Below, piece after piece: positions 39,252 to 50,223 of a stretch of DNA of 64,000 nt; within the stretch, counting starts at the first letter, position 1, and the number at the start of each line of letters is the position of its first letter. The notes beneath the pieces were generated by a model. That model was not told the origin of the DNA. It searched no databases and was given only the letters and a program-made list of their open reading frames with translations. The translations under genes were made by a program, and so were the position numbers. Source of the DNA: an uncultured Acidobacteriota bacterium (GTDB taxonomy: Bacteria > Acidobacteriota > UBA6911 > RPQK01 > JAPXNP01); NCBI GenBank assembly GCA_964524795.1, contig CAZGEH010000001.1:495298-559297 (forward strand), read 5' to 3'.

Positions 39252-41270
39252 TCACTTGCCGGACAAAGAAGCCCTTAGTGTCTCGAGTTTCCTCCGGACC
39301 CGTTCGGACTCCTCTTCCTTCTCGGCATGCCGGATCGACAGCTCGTAGCACCGGCGGGCTTCCTCCGCATTCCCTTTGCGGGCATAGAGGTCGCCGAGAT
39401 GCTCCAGGATGACAGGGTCGGTCCGCTGCAGGCGAACCGCCTTCTTCAGGTGGAGCTCCGCATTGACCAGATCGTCCTGCTTGAAATAGACCCAGCCAAG
39501 GCTGTCCTGGTAGGCGCCGTTGTACGGATCCAGCTCCACCGCCCGGAGAAGATACTGGCGGGCCTCTTCCAGGCGGACACCGCGGTCCGCCAGCATATAG
39601 CCCAGGTAGTTGAGCACGTCGGCCTGGTCCGGGTTTCGCCGGAGGATGTCCAGAAACTGGCGTTCGGCGGCTTCGTAATCTTTCAGCCGCTCCAGAACCG
39701 CTCCCATCTGGAACTGAAGCTGTTCACTGTCGGGAAACCGGGTCAAAGCCGAACGCACGACTTCCTGGGCCCTCTCGAACCGGTCCCGCGCCAGATACAG
39801 TTGGCTGGCGGCCAAAAGGAGAGCCTCAGGTTCCTCGGCGTCGACCGCCGCTTCCCGCAGAAACCGGACGCCGTCGTCCACCCGGCCGTCCGCCGCCAGC
39901 GCCTGGCCTCGAGCGATCAGAACATAAGTGTTCCTCGGGGCTTCCTTCAGCAGTTCATCCGACAACTGCTTCAGCTCGTCCACGCGACCGGCCCGCTGGA
40001 GGGTATAGAAGAGGCGAAGGCGTCCGTCGAGATCGTCGCCTCCCAGCTCCCGCGCTTCTTTCAACAAGGCGATGGCTTCGTCGAAGCGCCCTTCTTCCTC
40101 CCGGATCAGGGCGAGGTTGGTGAGGAAGATGCCACGATAGGGTTTCACGGCAGGCCGCGAGGATTGGAGCATCTCCTCGATCCGTTGGGCGGCCTTCTCC
40201 CGCTCGCCCATCATCAGCATCACGCTGGTGTACTCGTAATTGACGTGCACACTGTCGGGGTCGGCGGCCAGCAGCGATTCCAGCAACTCGGCAGCCTCGG
40301 CGAGACGGCGTCCCTGGCGGTAGGCCCGGGCCAAATCCAGCTTGAGTTCCGGCTGCGAAGGATGGATCTGCACCAGCCGCTGCAGGAAATCGATGGACTC
40401 CTCTCCCCGCCCCAGGGCCACCAGAGTCCGGGCCAGTCCTTCGTTCAGCCTGGGATCAGGACCGTGCGCCAATCCCCGGCGATAGACTTCCTCGGCCTGT
40501 TCCAGCTCGCCCCGGCTGCGGTATAACCCGGCCAGCATCAGAATGTACTCCGGGATGTCGTCCCGGATCTTGAGCCCCTCCCGGAGAATCGCGATCGCCT
40601 CTTCAATCCGGTTGAGCTCCACCAGGGCCTGCGCCTCGAAGTAATACCCCTTGATCGAGGAGGGGCTGGCTTGCCGGAGCTGACGGAACAGTTCTGCGGC
40701 ACGGGCGTATCTCCCGCTCTGGAAATGGAGATCGGCCGCATACTGCAGAGCTTCCAGGTTGGACGGATCGAGAGTCAGCACCGATTCGAACTCGGCGAGA
40801 GACTTCTCTCTCATGTTCGGCTGCTCCCGCGAGCTGTAGTAGATCCGTCCCAGCAGCAGGAGGGGCTCCGGATCCCCCGGATCCATCTCGACCGCCTCGC
40901 GGCACACCTCGACCGCCCGGGCGATCTCGCCCGCCTGCAGGAGCAGCTCGGCCACCCGGGTGCGCAAACCTGCGTCCCGCGCTCTCATCTTCAGCACGGC
41001 TTCGCACTGCTCGACGGCCCGGTTGTTCTCACCCGCCTGCAGCAGGGTATCCGCGAATTCCAGCCGCAGATCCACACTGGACGGATTCAGTTCCAGGGCC
41101 TTGCGGTACTCCGCCACCGCCTCCGGGAATTCATCCCGAAACTGCAGCAGCTTCGCCCTTGAAAAGTGATAGTAGGACTGGGCGAGGTCCGAGGACTGCG
41201 CCGGCGCCCGGAGAGCACACAACGCCATCCCCATCATCACTCCCAAGACCCACTTGAGCGGCTGCCTCAT
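39252..41270 (-). CDS. secreted tetratricopeptide-repeat protein
   Basis: Signal peptide (MRQPLKWVLGVMMGMALCALRAPAQS) followed by about 16 TPR units across 672 aa. Confidence 0.85.
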   Translation of the reverse strand: MRQPLKWVLGVMMGMALCALRAPAQSSDLAQSYYHFSRAKLLQFRDEFPEAVAEYRKALELNPSSVDLRLEFADTLLQAGENNRAVEQCEAVLKMRARDAGLRTRVAELLLQAGEIARAVEVCREAVEMDPGDPEPLLLLGRIYYSSREQPNMREKSLAEFESVLTLDPSNLEALQYAADLHFQSGRYARAAELFRQLRQASPSSIKGYYFEAQALVELNRIEEAIAILREGLKIRDDIPEYILMLAGLYRSRGELEQAEEVYRRGLAHGPDPRLNEGLARTLVALGRGEESIDFLQRLVQIHPSQPELKLDLARAYRQGRRLAEAAELLESLLAADPDSVHVNYEYTSVMLMMGEREKAAQRIEEMLQSSRPAVKPYRGIFLTNLALIREEEGRFDEAIALLKEARELGGDDLDGRLRLFYTLQRAGRVDELKQLSDELLKEAPRNTYVLIARGQALAADGRVDDGVRFLREAAVDAEEPEALLLAASQLYLARDRFERAQEVVRSALTRFPDSEQLQFQMGAVLERLKDYEAAERQFLDILRRNPDQADVLNYLGYMLADRGVRLEEARQYLLRAVELDPYNGAYQDSLGWVYFKQDDLVNAELHLKKAVRLQRTDPVILEHLGDLYARKGNAEEARRCYELSIRHAEKEEESERVRRKLETLRASLSGK

Positions 41271-44044
41271 TGCGCTCCCACTGCCGAAACAAACTGGAGA
41301 TTGTCGGCGAAAAACAGCTCGATCCCCGCCAGCGGCTGGTCGGATCGGACGCGGAGATAGCCTCCCACCTGGGCAGGGAGGTCGGGAAACAGGTCGATCA
41401 GCAGGGAGGTCAGCCGCTGTCCGGGTTCCAGGAACGCATCGCGGGCACGGACCGTCTCGCCGTCGCTCTTGTGCACCTCGATGGTTAGCTGGGCCGGTTC
41501 ATCCCCCGGATTGACCAATGCCAGGCCCGTGGAAAGCCCCAACCCCTGAGCCACGTGCGAAAAGACCAGATCCTCGGACAGGCTCCACGACAACGGCAGG
41601 CTGGTCATCGCCTTTCCCTGGAAAAGCTGGATCTCCGCGCTGCCTACCAGGCCCGGCTTGTCCGATTCCGCCACCAGCCAGCCCCCGATGGCGGTCCCGG
41701 GGTCCTGGAGCCCGAACCATTCCTGGATGCTCCGGCGCAGCGAGACCCCGGCCCCCAGCTCTACCGTCACCGGGGCGGCCAGGGCCGCTCCCTCGTCATC
41801 CAGCAGGGTCAGGGTCACCTGGATCGGGATCTCGACGGTGGTGTCCTGGTCATTCTGCTTGCGGGGATTGGAGTTCACCAGCTTGAGAAAGGTGTCCGCC
41901 CCCCCGAAGACCGCCACCTGGGGCACCAGCAGCCGCGTGGGTTGCGGGTCTCGGACAGACACGGGGGTCCCCAACAGGGACGACATGCGTTCGCCGTCGA
42001 AGTAACGGGCATAAGCGACCACACCGGTGGCGGTGTTCACCACCAGGTAGCCGTCCACCCAATTCTGGAAGGCGCTTTCCGGAAACAGCGCGATGTTTTG
42101 TTGGTCGTTGGGATCAGGGTCCCGGACGGGGGCTGAGTACAGGCTGCGGGCGGGGACCTGCCGGTTGAAGGTACCCAGTACCTTGCCGTCCTGGCCCACC
42201 AGGTTAACTGTGTAGTTCGCCGTCTGCCGGTTGGGATTGAGCACCGTCAACTCGGTGACCATGCCGCCGGTAACCCGGGCTTCGGGAACCACCACCTTTT
42301 GCGATGTCACACCCGTCGCCACTGTCCCGTCCAGACGTTTGAGGTTGTGGTCACCCGTCAGAAAAAAGCTCTTCAGAGCCGGCTGGTCCGAATCCAGATC
42401 GAACCATCCCTCCACTTTCGCCCCGCCGGCTGCCACAATGATCTCCTCGCTGGTCCGGGCCAGTTGCGCCCCTGGGGCCAAAGTAATTATCCGTGGGTTC
42501 ACAAACTCCACCACGTCGGTGGTGTCTGACTTGTCGGCAAACTGGATTCCGGTGTTGGAGAGACCGGTGACGATGACTTCGGCCGCTTCCGTCGAGGCGT
42601 TGGTCAGAGCGATGCCGGTGAAGAGGCTGGAATCGGAAGCCGCCCGGGGTACGAACCAGTAGTCTGTCCTGCGGACCAGATCAATAGTGTTGGCATTGAA
42701 GTTCAGCACTACCAGCACACTCTGGTCCGGGGTGTAGGCCAACTGCAGCGGTGCGGAGGAAATCTTGGAGCCGCCCCGGTCGACCTGACCGCCAATCTCC
42801 ACAAAGCGGGGGAACTCGTCGGTGAGGAGGTTGAAGACCATCAATGTGTCGCTGAGCGGCGCCGCCACGTACATCCAGCGTCCGTCGGGCGAGAAAACCG
42901 GCCGCGAACGGGGCCGGAATTCGCTGCGCAGGGGCAGCAGCCGCCGCGCCTCGGCGGCACCCGGTTCGATGACGGCGAATTCCAGCGCCGACATGACCAC
43001 AAATCGGCCCGAGGGAGCCCAGTAGCTGGCAGTGGCGACGCCCCCCACGTTGTATTTCTTGAATTCGCCCTTGGTGAAGTCGATGAGCCAGGCACGGTCG
43101 GTCGACAGCTCCGGTATCAGCGCCGCACCGCTGAAGGTCTGGTCGGCAATCATGCCGTACTTGCCATCGGCGGAAATCGCCACCGTCGTGGTGGCCGTGA
43201 AATCATGGATGATCGGCTCTTCCGTCACCCCGGGGCCCGTCCGGGGGGCCAGCGTCCGCACGATCTGGAAGGAGACCGGGTCGACGATGGCCACCGCATC
43301 GGGGTGCTCCAGCCGGTTCAGGTTGGTGGATCCCACCAGCACCACCGTCATGAAACTGAAGTCCGGGGCCATGGTCATGGAGGTAGGCCGGCTGCCGGGG
43401 GTGAACTTGAGCCGCGGGCCGACCTCCGTCATCGTGTCCACGTCGAAGCGGATGAGCTCGTCGGTGGCGGCGGAAGCGACGAAACCGGTCTTGCCGTCGG
43501 CCGAGAACAGGATATTGTTGGCAAACGAAAGGAAAACCTCCGTCAAGTCCAGGCGGCGCACGGCGTGGGTCGCCGCATCGATCATGGCGATGGTCGCGAC
43601 CTGTTCTCCGAGAAAGTTGCGTCCGGATTCAGGCAGATTCCGCAAAAGCTCCAGGCACACCACGCCGAAGGCACTGCCGTCGGGCGTCATCGTGATCTGG
43701 GACGGGTTCTTGCCTACCGTGATCAGATCGAGGATTTCGCCAGTCTTGGGGTTGAAGGCGAGGACCTTGTCCGAGCCGCTGAAGCTGACGAAGGCCTTGC
43801 TGGAATCGGCCGTGAATTCGATGTTGGGAGCGAAGTTCAGGTCGACCGTCGAGGTGGAACTGCGGCTGATGCCACCCGACTCCACCACTCCCGGGCCCAC
43901 GGGGACCAGGTTCACATCGAACTTCAGTTTGTCGTCCAGCTTGGCGGGCTCGATGGTCTTGAACCTCCGCTGAGCCTGGGCTGCTCCGCAGACCGCAAGC
44001 AGAACCACCGGGATGGCGATCCAACGACGAACCAGACGCACCAT
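41267..44044 (-). CDS. secreted YVTN-type beta-propeller repeat protein with C-terminal domain of unknown function
   Basis: Signal peptide MVRLVRRWIAIPVVLLAVCGAAQAQ. Repeated YVTN-like units (ITMTPDGS, FSADGKTGFVAS, AISADGKYGMIAD, VFSPDGRWMYVAA). About 925 aa. 4-bp overlap with the downstream TPR gene. Confidence 0.7.
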   Translation of the reverse strand: MVRLVRRWIAIPVVLLAVCGAAQAQRRFKTIEPAKLDDKLKFDVNLVPVGPGVVESGGISRSSTSTVDLNFAPNIEFTADSSKAFVSFSGSDKVLAFNPKTGEILDLITVGKNPSQITMTPDGSAFGVVCLELLRNLPESGRNFLGEQVATIAMIDAATHAVRRLDLTEVFLSFANNILFSADGKTGFVASAATDELIRFDVDTMTEVGPRLKFTPGSRPTSMTMAPDFSFMTVVLVGSTNLNRLEHPDAVAIVDPVSFQIVRTLAPRTGPGVTEEPIIHDFTATTTVAISADGKYGMIADQTFSGAALIPELSTDRAWLIDFTKGEFKKYNVGGVATASYWAPSGRFVVMSALEFAVIEPGAAEARRLLPLRSEFRPRSRPVFSPDGRWMYVAAPLSDTLMVFNLLTDEFPRFVEIGGQVDRGGSKISSAPLQLAYTPDQSVLVVLNFNANTIDLVRRTDYWFVPRAASDSSLFTGIALTNASTEAAEVIVTGLSNTGIQFADKSDTTDVVEFVNPRIITLAPGAQLARTSEEIIVAAGGAKVEGWFDLDSDQPALKSFFLTGDHNLKRLDGTVATGVTSQKVVVPEARVTGGMVTELTVLNPNRQTANYTVNLVGQDGKVLGTFNRQVPARSLYSAPVRDPDPNDQQNIALFPESAFQNWVDGYLVVNTATGVVAYARYFDGERMSSLLGTPVSVRDPQPTRLLVPQVAVFGGADTFLKLVNSNPRKQNDQDTTVEIPIQVTLTLLDDEGAALAAPVTVELGAGVSLRRSIQEWFGLQDPGTAIGGWLVAESDKPGLVGSAEIQLFQGKAMTSLPLSWSLSEDLVFSHVAQGLGLSTGLALVNPGDEPAQLTIEVHKSDGETVRARDAFLEPGQRLTSLLIDLFPDLPAQVGGYLRVRSDQPLAGIELFFADNLQFVSAVGAQ

Positions 44045-44119
44045 AGAAAGGTCATTATACGGCTTCATAGAATTCCCGCGACCCGCCCCCCCACACCTCC
44101 CCCGAAGGCAAGGATCGAT

Positions 44120-44488
44120 TCAACTCAACAGACCGATTTCGAAGCGAATTGTGTCAACCAGCGGGCGATGCCAGTAACCATTGACCCGGTCCACAAACAG
44201 GTGCTCGAGCTCGGAGAGGTGGTGGACCCAGACTTCGCCGGGCACTGCCACCACCAGGTTCCGGCCATCCCATCGGAGCGGCCGGGTGAACCTCGCCAGC
44301 TCCGTTCCCACCATCTCGGGCCACAATTCCTGCAGCAACAGCAGGGCCGCCTCCGGATCTTCCATGACCCGGGCCAGGACCTGCTTCATGAATTCGCCGG
44401 CGGGTTTCACCTTGTCAGGGATTCTACCCGAGATGACGCCCAGTCGGCGGATCGCTGGACACGGAGTTCTTCCCGGACATGGATCCAT
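44120..44488 (-). CDS. DUF721/DciA-like protein
   Basis: C-terminal region LWPEMVGTELARFTRPLRWDGRNLVVAVPGEVWVHHLSELEHLFVDRVN...IRFEIG fits the DciA/DUF721 consensus (W.E.VG..IA..T.P..L.dG.L.V.V.ss.W..EL......L..rlN......I.fr.G). The start is uncertain (ATG 44488 or 44389). Confidence 0.55.
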   Translation of the reverse strand: MDPCPGRTPCPAIRRLGVISGRIPDKVKPAGEFMKQVLARVMEDPEAALLLLQELWPEMVGTELARFTRPLRWDGRNLVVAVPGEVWVHHLSELEHLFVDRVNGYWHRPLVDTIRFEIGLLS

Positions 44489-44675
44489 CCCCCGGGCAGT
44501 GCGATTTTCCTTCTCCATCTCCGCGGATTGATGCAGTAAAATGACGCCACCGCGCTGCGCCGGCGGGACCAGGCGGATTGCTTCGCTGACGGAGTGCCTC
44601 ACGAGCTGCCGGGGAGCGGAAGGATATCTCGGTTCAGGCCGGTGCGGGCTTCGCGGGGAACCCGGCGGTATCGGG

Positions 44676-45197
44676 ATGGAGCGGACACTGCTGCTGAATG
44701 CCACCTACGAACCCCTCCAGGTCGTGTCCTGGCAGCGCGCCATCCGCATGTTGTTCCAGGAGAAAGTGGAGGTGGTGGAGAGCTATAACCGGGAGATCCA
44801 CAGTGTCCGCTTCGCGATGCGGGTCCCCTCGGTGATCCGTCTCGTCCAGTTCGTGCAGGTGCACCGCGTCCACCACCAGATCAAGTTTTCCCGGTCGAAT
44901 CTTTTTGCCCGCGACCAGTACCGCTGCCAGTACTGCGGGCGGCGGACCCCGGAGTCCATGCTCACTTACGACCATGTGCTGCCCGTTGCCCGGGGTGGAC
45001 GCAAGACCTGGGAGAACATTGTGACCGCATGCATCCCCTGCAACCACCGCAAGGGGAACCGGACTCCCGAAGAGGCCGGGATGACTCTGCTGCGGCGGCC
45101 GCTGGCCCCCAACAGTTTTCCGATCCGGATCCAGCTCCTGTTTCAGCGGCTGCAGACCCCGGATTCCTGGAAGTCCTATATCTTTTGTGAGCAGTGA
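44676..45197 (+). CDS. HNH endonuclease
   Basis: HNH motif CQYCGRR...YDHVLPVARGG...WENIVTACIPCNHRKGN. 173 aa. The track ORF start (44541) is shortened to ATG 44676 (MERTLLLNATYEPLQ). Confidence 0.8.
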   Translation: MERTLLLNATYEPLQVVSWQRAIRMLFQEKVEVVESYNREIHSVRFAMRVPSVIRLVQFVQVHRVHHQIKFSRSNLFARDQYRCQYCGRRTPESMLTYDHVLPVARGGRKTWENIVTACIPCNHRKGNRTPEEAGMTLLRRPLAPNSFPIRIQLLFQRLQTPDSWKSYIFCEQ

Positions 45198-45895
45198 ACG
45201 ACAACGGCTACAGACCCTCCCCTCCACCCAATCCACCGTCGAGCCACTATCTGGCCGTGTTCGCCCGTTACCCGCGAATGGGCATGGTGAAGACGCGGCT
45301 GGCGGCGTCGCTGGGAGCTGAGGCCGCTCTCCGTTTTCACCAGGCGAGCCTGCGCCTGGTCATTGAGCGGCTCTCCTCAATCCCGGCACAGCGTTTTCTG
45401 TATCTGGCTGGCTGCAATCCGGAAGAAGCCGACACCTTGCTGGCGGCCTGGCCTCCCGCGGCGCATTGGCAAGTGCGCCTGCAGACGGGCGGCCACCTCG
45501 GACAGCGCCTGAAGGCTGCTTTCCAGGAGCTGTGGCACCCGGGCGCCCGGGTGGTGTTTCTGGGCTCCGATGCTCCTTCACTGCCTCCTTCGCTGGTGGG
45601 AGAGGCTTTCCGTCGCCTGGACTCGGTGCCGGTCGTGCTGGGCCCGGCTGAGGATGGCGGCTACTACCTGCTCGGCCTCAACCGTCCCGTCGAAATGGTC
45701 TTCTCCGAGATCGAGTGGGGTACCGCCCGGGTCCTGGAACAGACGCTCGAACGGGTCCGGAACTTGCCGACTTCGCTCCTGCCGTCCTGGTTCGACGTGG
45801 ACGACGAGCCCGCCCTGCGGCGGCTGCTGCTGGACCTGTCAGTCGCCGACCGCCTCCGTGAGCTGGGTGCGATCGACGAAGGGGGGCTGGTATGA
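45194..45895 (+). CDS. DUF2064 / TIGR04282-family glycosyltransferase-like protein
   Basis: Signature AVFARYPRMGMVKTRL with downstream DGGYYLLGL, and a GT-A-like alpha/beta fold. ATGA overlap with the HNH gene. Confidence 0.7.
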   Translation: MNDNGYRPSPPPNPPSSHYLAVFARYPRMGMVKTRLAASLGAEAALRFHQASLRLVIERLSSIPAQRFLYLAGCNPEEADTLLAAWPPAAHWQVRLQTGGHLGQRLKAAFQELWHPGARVVFLGSDAPSLPPSLVGEAFRRLDSVPVVLGPAEDGGYYLLGLNRPVEMVFSEIEWGTARVLEQTLERVRNLPTSLLPSWFDVDDEPALRRLLLDLSVADRLRELGAIDEGGLV

Positions 45896-45946
45896 TGGCG
45901 CCGTTTGCGGACTGACACCAAGACACCACTTCCTCAGGAGGGCAAC

Positions 45947-47200
45947 ATGGCAAAACCTCTGGGTCGACGTGATTTCGTGAAATCCTCGGTGGCGGCTACC
46001 GGGTCGGTGCTGCTGGTCAAACCGGAAACCGCTTTCGGAACTGCCGCCAACTCCACCCTGAACCTGGCTCTTCTGGGCTGTGGCGGACGCGGCACGGGCG
46101 TGGCCGGGGATTTCGTCGCCCACACCAACACCCAGGTGACAGTCCTGGGAGACATGTTTGACGATCGTCTCAACGCTGCCGAGACCCGCTTCAACCAGCT
46201 CCAGACTGAAAAAGGGCGAAGCAAAGTACTCAGGAAATTCAAGGGCCCGCAGGCCCACCTGGAGGTGGCAACCAGCGACGTGGACATCATCCTGATTGCA
46301 ACTCCTCCCTACTATCACCCGGAGCACCTGAAGTCGGCCCTGGACGGCGGCAAGCATGTTTACCTGGAGAAACCGGTGGCCACCGACGTCCGGGGCTGCA
46401 TGCAGGTGGCCTCCCTGGCGGCCAGGGCGGAGGGCAAAGTCTCGGTCGACGTCGGTTTTCAGATCCGGAACGGCAGTCAGTTCGCAGAACAGACGCGCCG
46501 CCTCCACGAGGGAGCGATCGGCGACATCGCCTGTATCCACGGGTTTTACTTCGCCGGGGATCTGCCCCGCCGGCCGGTGGAGGGTTTGACCCCGGCCGCG
46601 GCCAAGCTCCGCAACTGGATCTTTGACCGAGTTCTGGGGGGAGACATCATCGTCGAACAGAACATCCACATCATCGACGTCTACAACTGGATCCTGAAGT
46701 CCCACCCCCTTCGCGCCGAGGCGACGGCGGCACGCAAGGTTCGAACGGACATTGGAGACGTGTCCGATCATTACATGGTGACCTTCTACTATCCCAACGA
46801 CGTCCGCGCCAGTTTCGCTTCCACCCAGTTTCTCCCGGTGTGGGGCAGCGTCGGCTGGCGGTGTTTCGGACCCAGGGGATTCTCGGAGGCCTTCTACAGC
46901 GGTGGGCTGAAGATTCGCGGCAGCCAGAACTGGGATGCGGTGGAGACCGCGCCGGGCGAGAAGCCGCCGGAAGTGGATCCACTGGGTGATGCGACCCCGC
47001 TGAAAGCCCAAGGCTTCGTCGAGAGCATCCAGAGCGGAAAGTTCCACAACCAACTGAAACAGGGGGCGGAGAGCACGCTCAGCGCCATTCTCGCCCGCCA
47101 GGCAGCCTATGAGGGACGGGTGGTCTCCTGGGGCGAACTTCTGGCCTCCGACCAGCACTGGGAGCCCGATATCGATCTGGCGCGGGCCGGAGAGGTTTAA
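45947..47200 (+). CDS. Tat-secreted Gfo/Idh/MocA family oxidoreductase
   Basis: Twin-arginine signal MAKPLGRRDFVKSSVAATGSVLLV, a Rossmann N-domain and the EKP motif (KHVYLEKPVATD). AGGAGG Shine-Dalgarno 5 nt upstream. Confidence 0.85.
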   Translation: MAKPLGRRDFVKSSVAATGSVLLVKPETAFGTAANSTLNLALLGCGGRGTGVAGDFVAHTNTQVTVLGDMFDDRLNAAETRFNQLQTEKGRSKVLRKFKGPQAHLEVATSDVDIILIATPPYYHPEHLKSALDGGKHVYLEKPVATDVRGCMQVASLAARAEGKVSVDVGFQIRNGSQFAEQTRRLHEGAIGDIACIHGFYFAGDLPRRPVEGLTPAAAKLRNWIFDRVLGGDIIVEQNIHIIDVYNWILKSHPLRAEATAARKVRTDIGDVSDHYMVTFYYPNDVRASFASTQFLPVWGSVGWRCFGPRGFSEAFYSGGLKIRGSQNWDAVETAPGEKPPEVDPLGDATPLKAQGFVESIQSGKFHNQLKQGAESTLSAILARQAAYEGRVVSWGELLASDQHWEPDIDLARAGEV

Positions 47201-47375
47201 AGGTTCAAGGGGTTCAAGGGTTTAAAGCTTTAAAGGTTTTTAAGAGGCGAAGGGGTGGGGTTCGGGATGCTCACTTCGAAGCCTTCGACCGATCGAGTAC
47301 AGGCGGTTCCCTGCTCAAACCTTTATTAGACCTTTGAAAACCTCTGAACCCTTAAACCTTTGAACCCTTGAACCT

Positions 47376-47378
<3 letters not shown>
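47198..47378. repeat. AT-richer composite inverted repeat (about 45-bp arms made of GGTTCAAGG / TTTAAAG sub-repeats) filling the convergent intergenic region; REP/MITE-like or bidirectional terminator
   Basis: Left arm AAGGTTCAAGGGGTTCAAGGGTTTAAAGCTTTAAAGGTTT (47201-47240). Right arm AAACCTTTGAACCCTTGAACCTT (ending 47376) is its reverse complement. The arms are separated by about 75 bp and overlap both stop codons. Confidence 0.5.
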
Positions 47379-49535
<2,157 letters not shown>

Positions 49536-49669
49536 CGCATCTCCACCCGGGCGTCCCGTCCCACAAACCGGCCATAGGGGGCTTGACACCCGGTTTTCAA
49601 TAGCTTAACAGAGTCGCCGGACACCCCCGAACAGCGGGGGAATGCCTTACAACCAGCCAGGAACTGCCC

Positions 49670-50179
49670 ATGAAGGAACTCCTGTTGATGCGCCATGCCA
49701 AGTCGGACTGGGACACCCCCTTCGAGGGGGATCACGAGCGGCCGCTTTCCCGCAAGGGAATCCGCGACGCCCAAGCCATCGGGCTCCTGCTGAGGCGGCT
49801 CGATCTGGTACCGGACCGGGCAGTTTCATCCTCGGCGGTCAGAGCGCGTCGCACCCTGGAGATGGCGGCTTCAGCTGGCGACTGGCACTGCCGCCAGGAA
49901 GCAACGCCCGATCTGTACGAGTGTTCGGTGGAACAGGCCTTCCAGGTGCTGCAGCGGGCAGGCCGGAAACCGTCGCGGGTGCTCCTGGTCGGGCACAATC
50001 CCGTCTGGGAGGAGTTTCTCGCCTGCTGCGTGGGTGGAGGACGATTCCGGCTGGGAACGGCATCGCTGGCCCTGGTCCGCTTCCCCCACTCCGACTGGGC
50101 AGAGGTGGAGCCTGGATCGGGAACCCTGGTCTGGCTGGTCAAACCCAAACTGCTGGAGGCGGTTTCCGGGGCTGGGTAA
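49670..50179 (+). CDS. sixA: histidine phosphatase family protein, SixA-like phosphohistidine phosphatase
   Basis: LLLMRHAKSDW (RHG-type catalytic motif) and LLVGHNP. 169 aa. Confidence 0.8.
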   Translation: MKELLLMRHAKSDWDTPFEGDHERPLSRKGIRDAQAIGLLLRRLDLVPDRAVSSSAVRARRTLEMAASAGDWHCRQEATPDLYECSVEQAFQVLQRAGRKPSRVLLVGHNPVWEEFLACCVGGGRFRLGTASLALVRFPHSDWAEVEPGSGTLVWLVKPKLLEAVSGAG

Positions 50180-50223
50180 TGTTAAGGCTTCAAAGGTCAA
50201 ACGTCGAAGGGGGAGGTTTGTCG

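Noticed and set aside
49642-50223. N-terminal 190 codons of the 883-aa ORF
   Set aside because: They overlap sixA in another frame. The peptidase signal peptide begins at GTG 50224 (or ATG 50179) with a strong Shine-Dalgarno.
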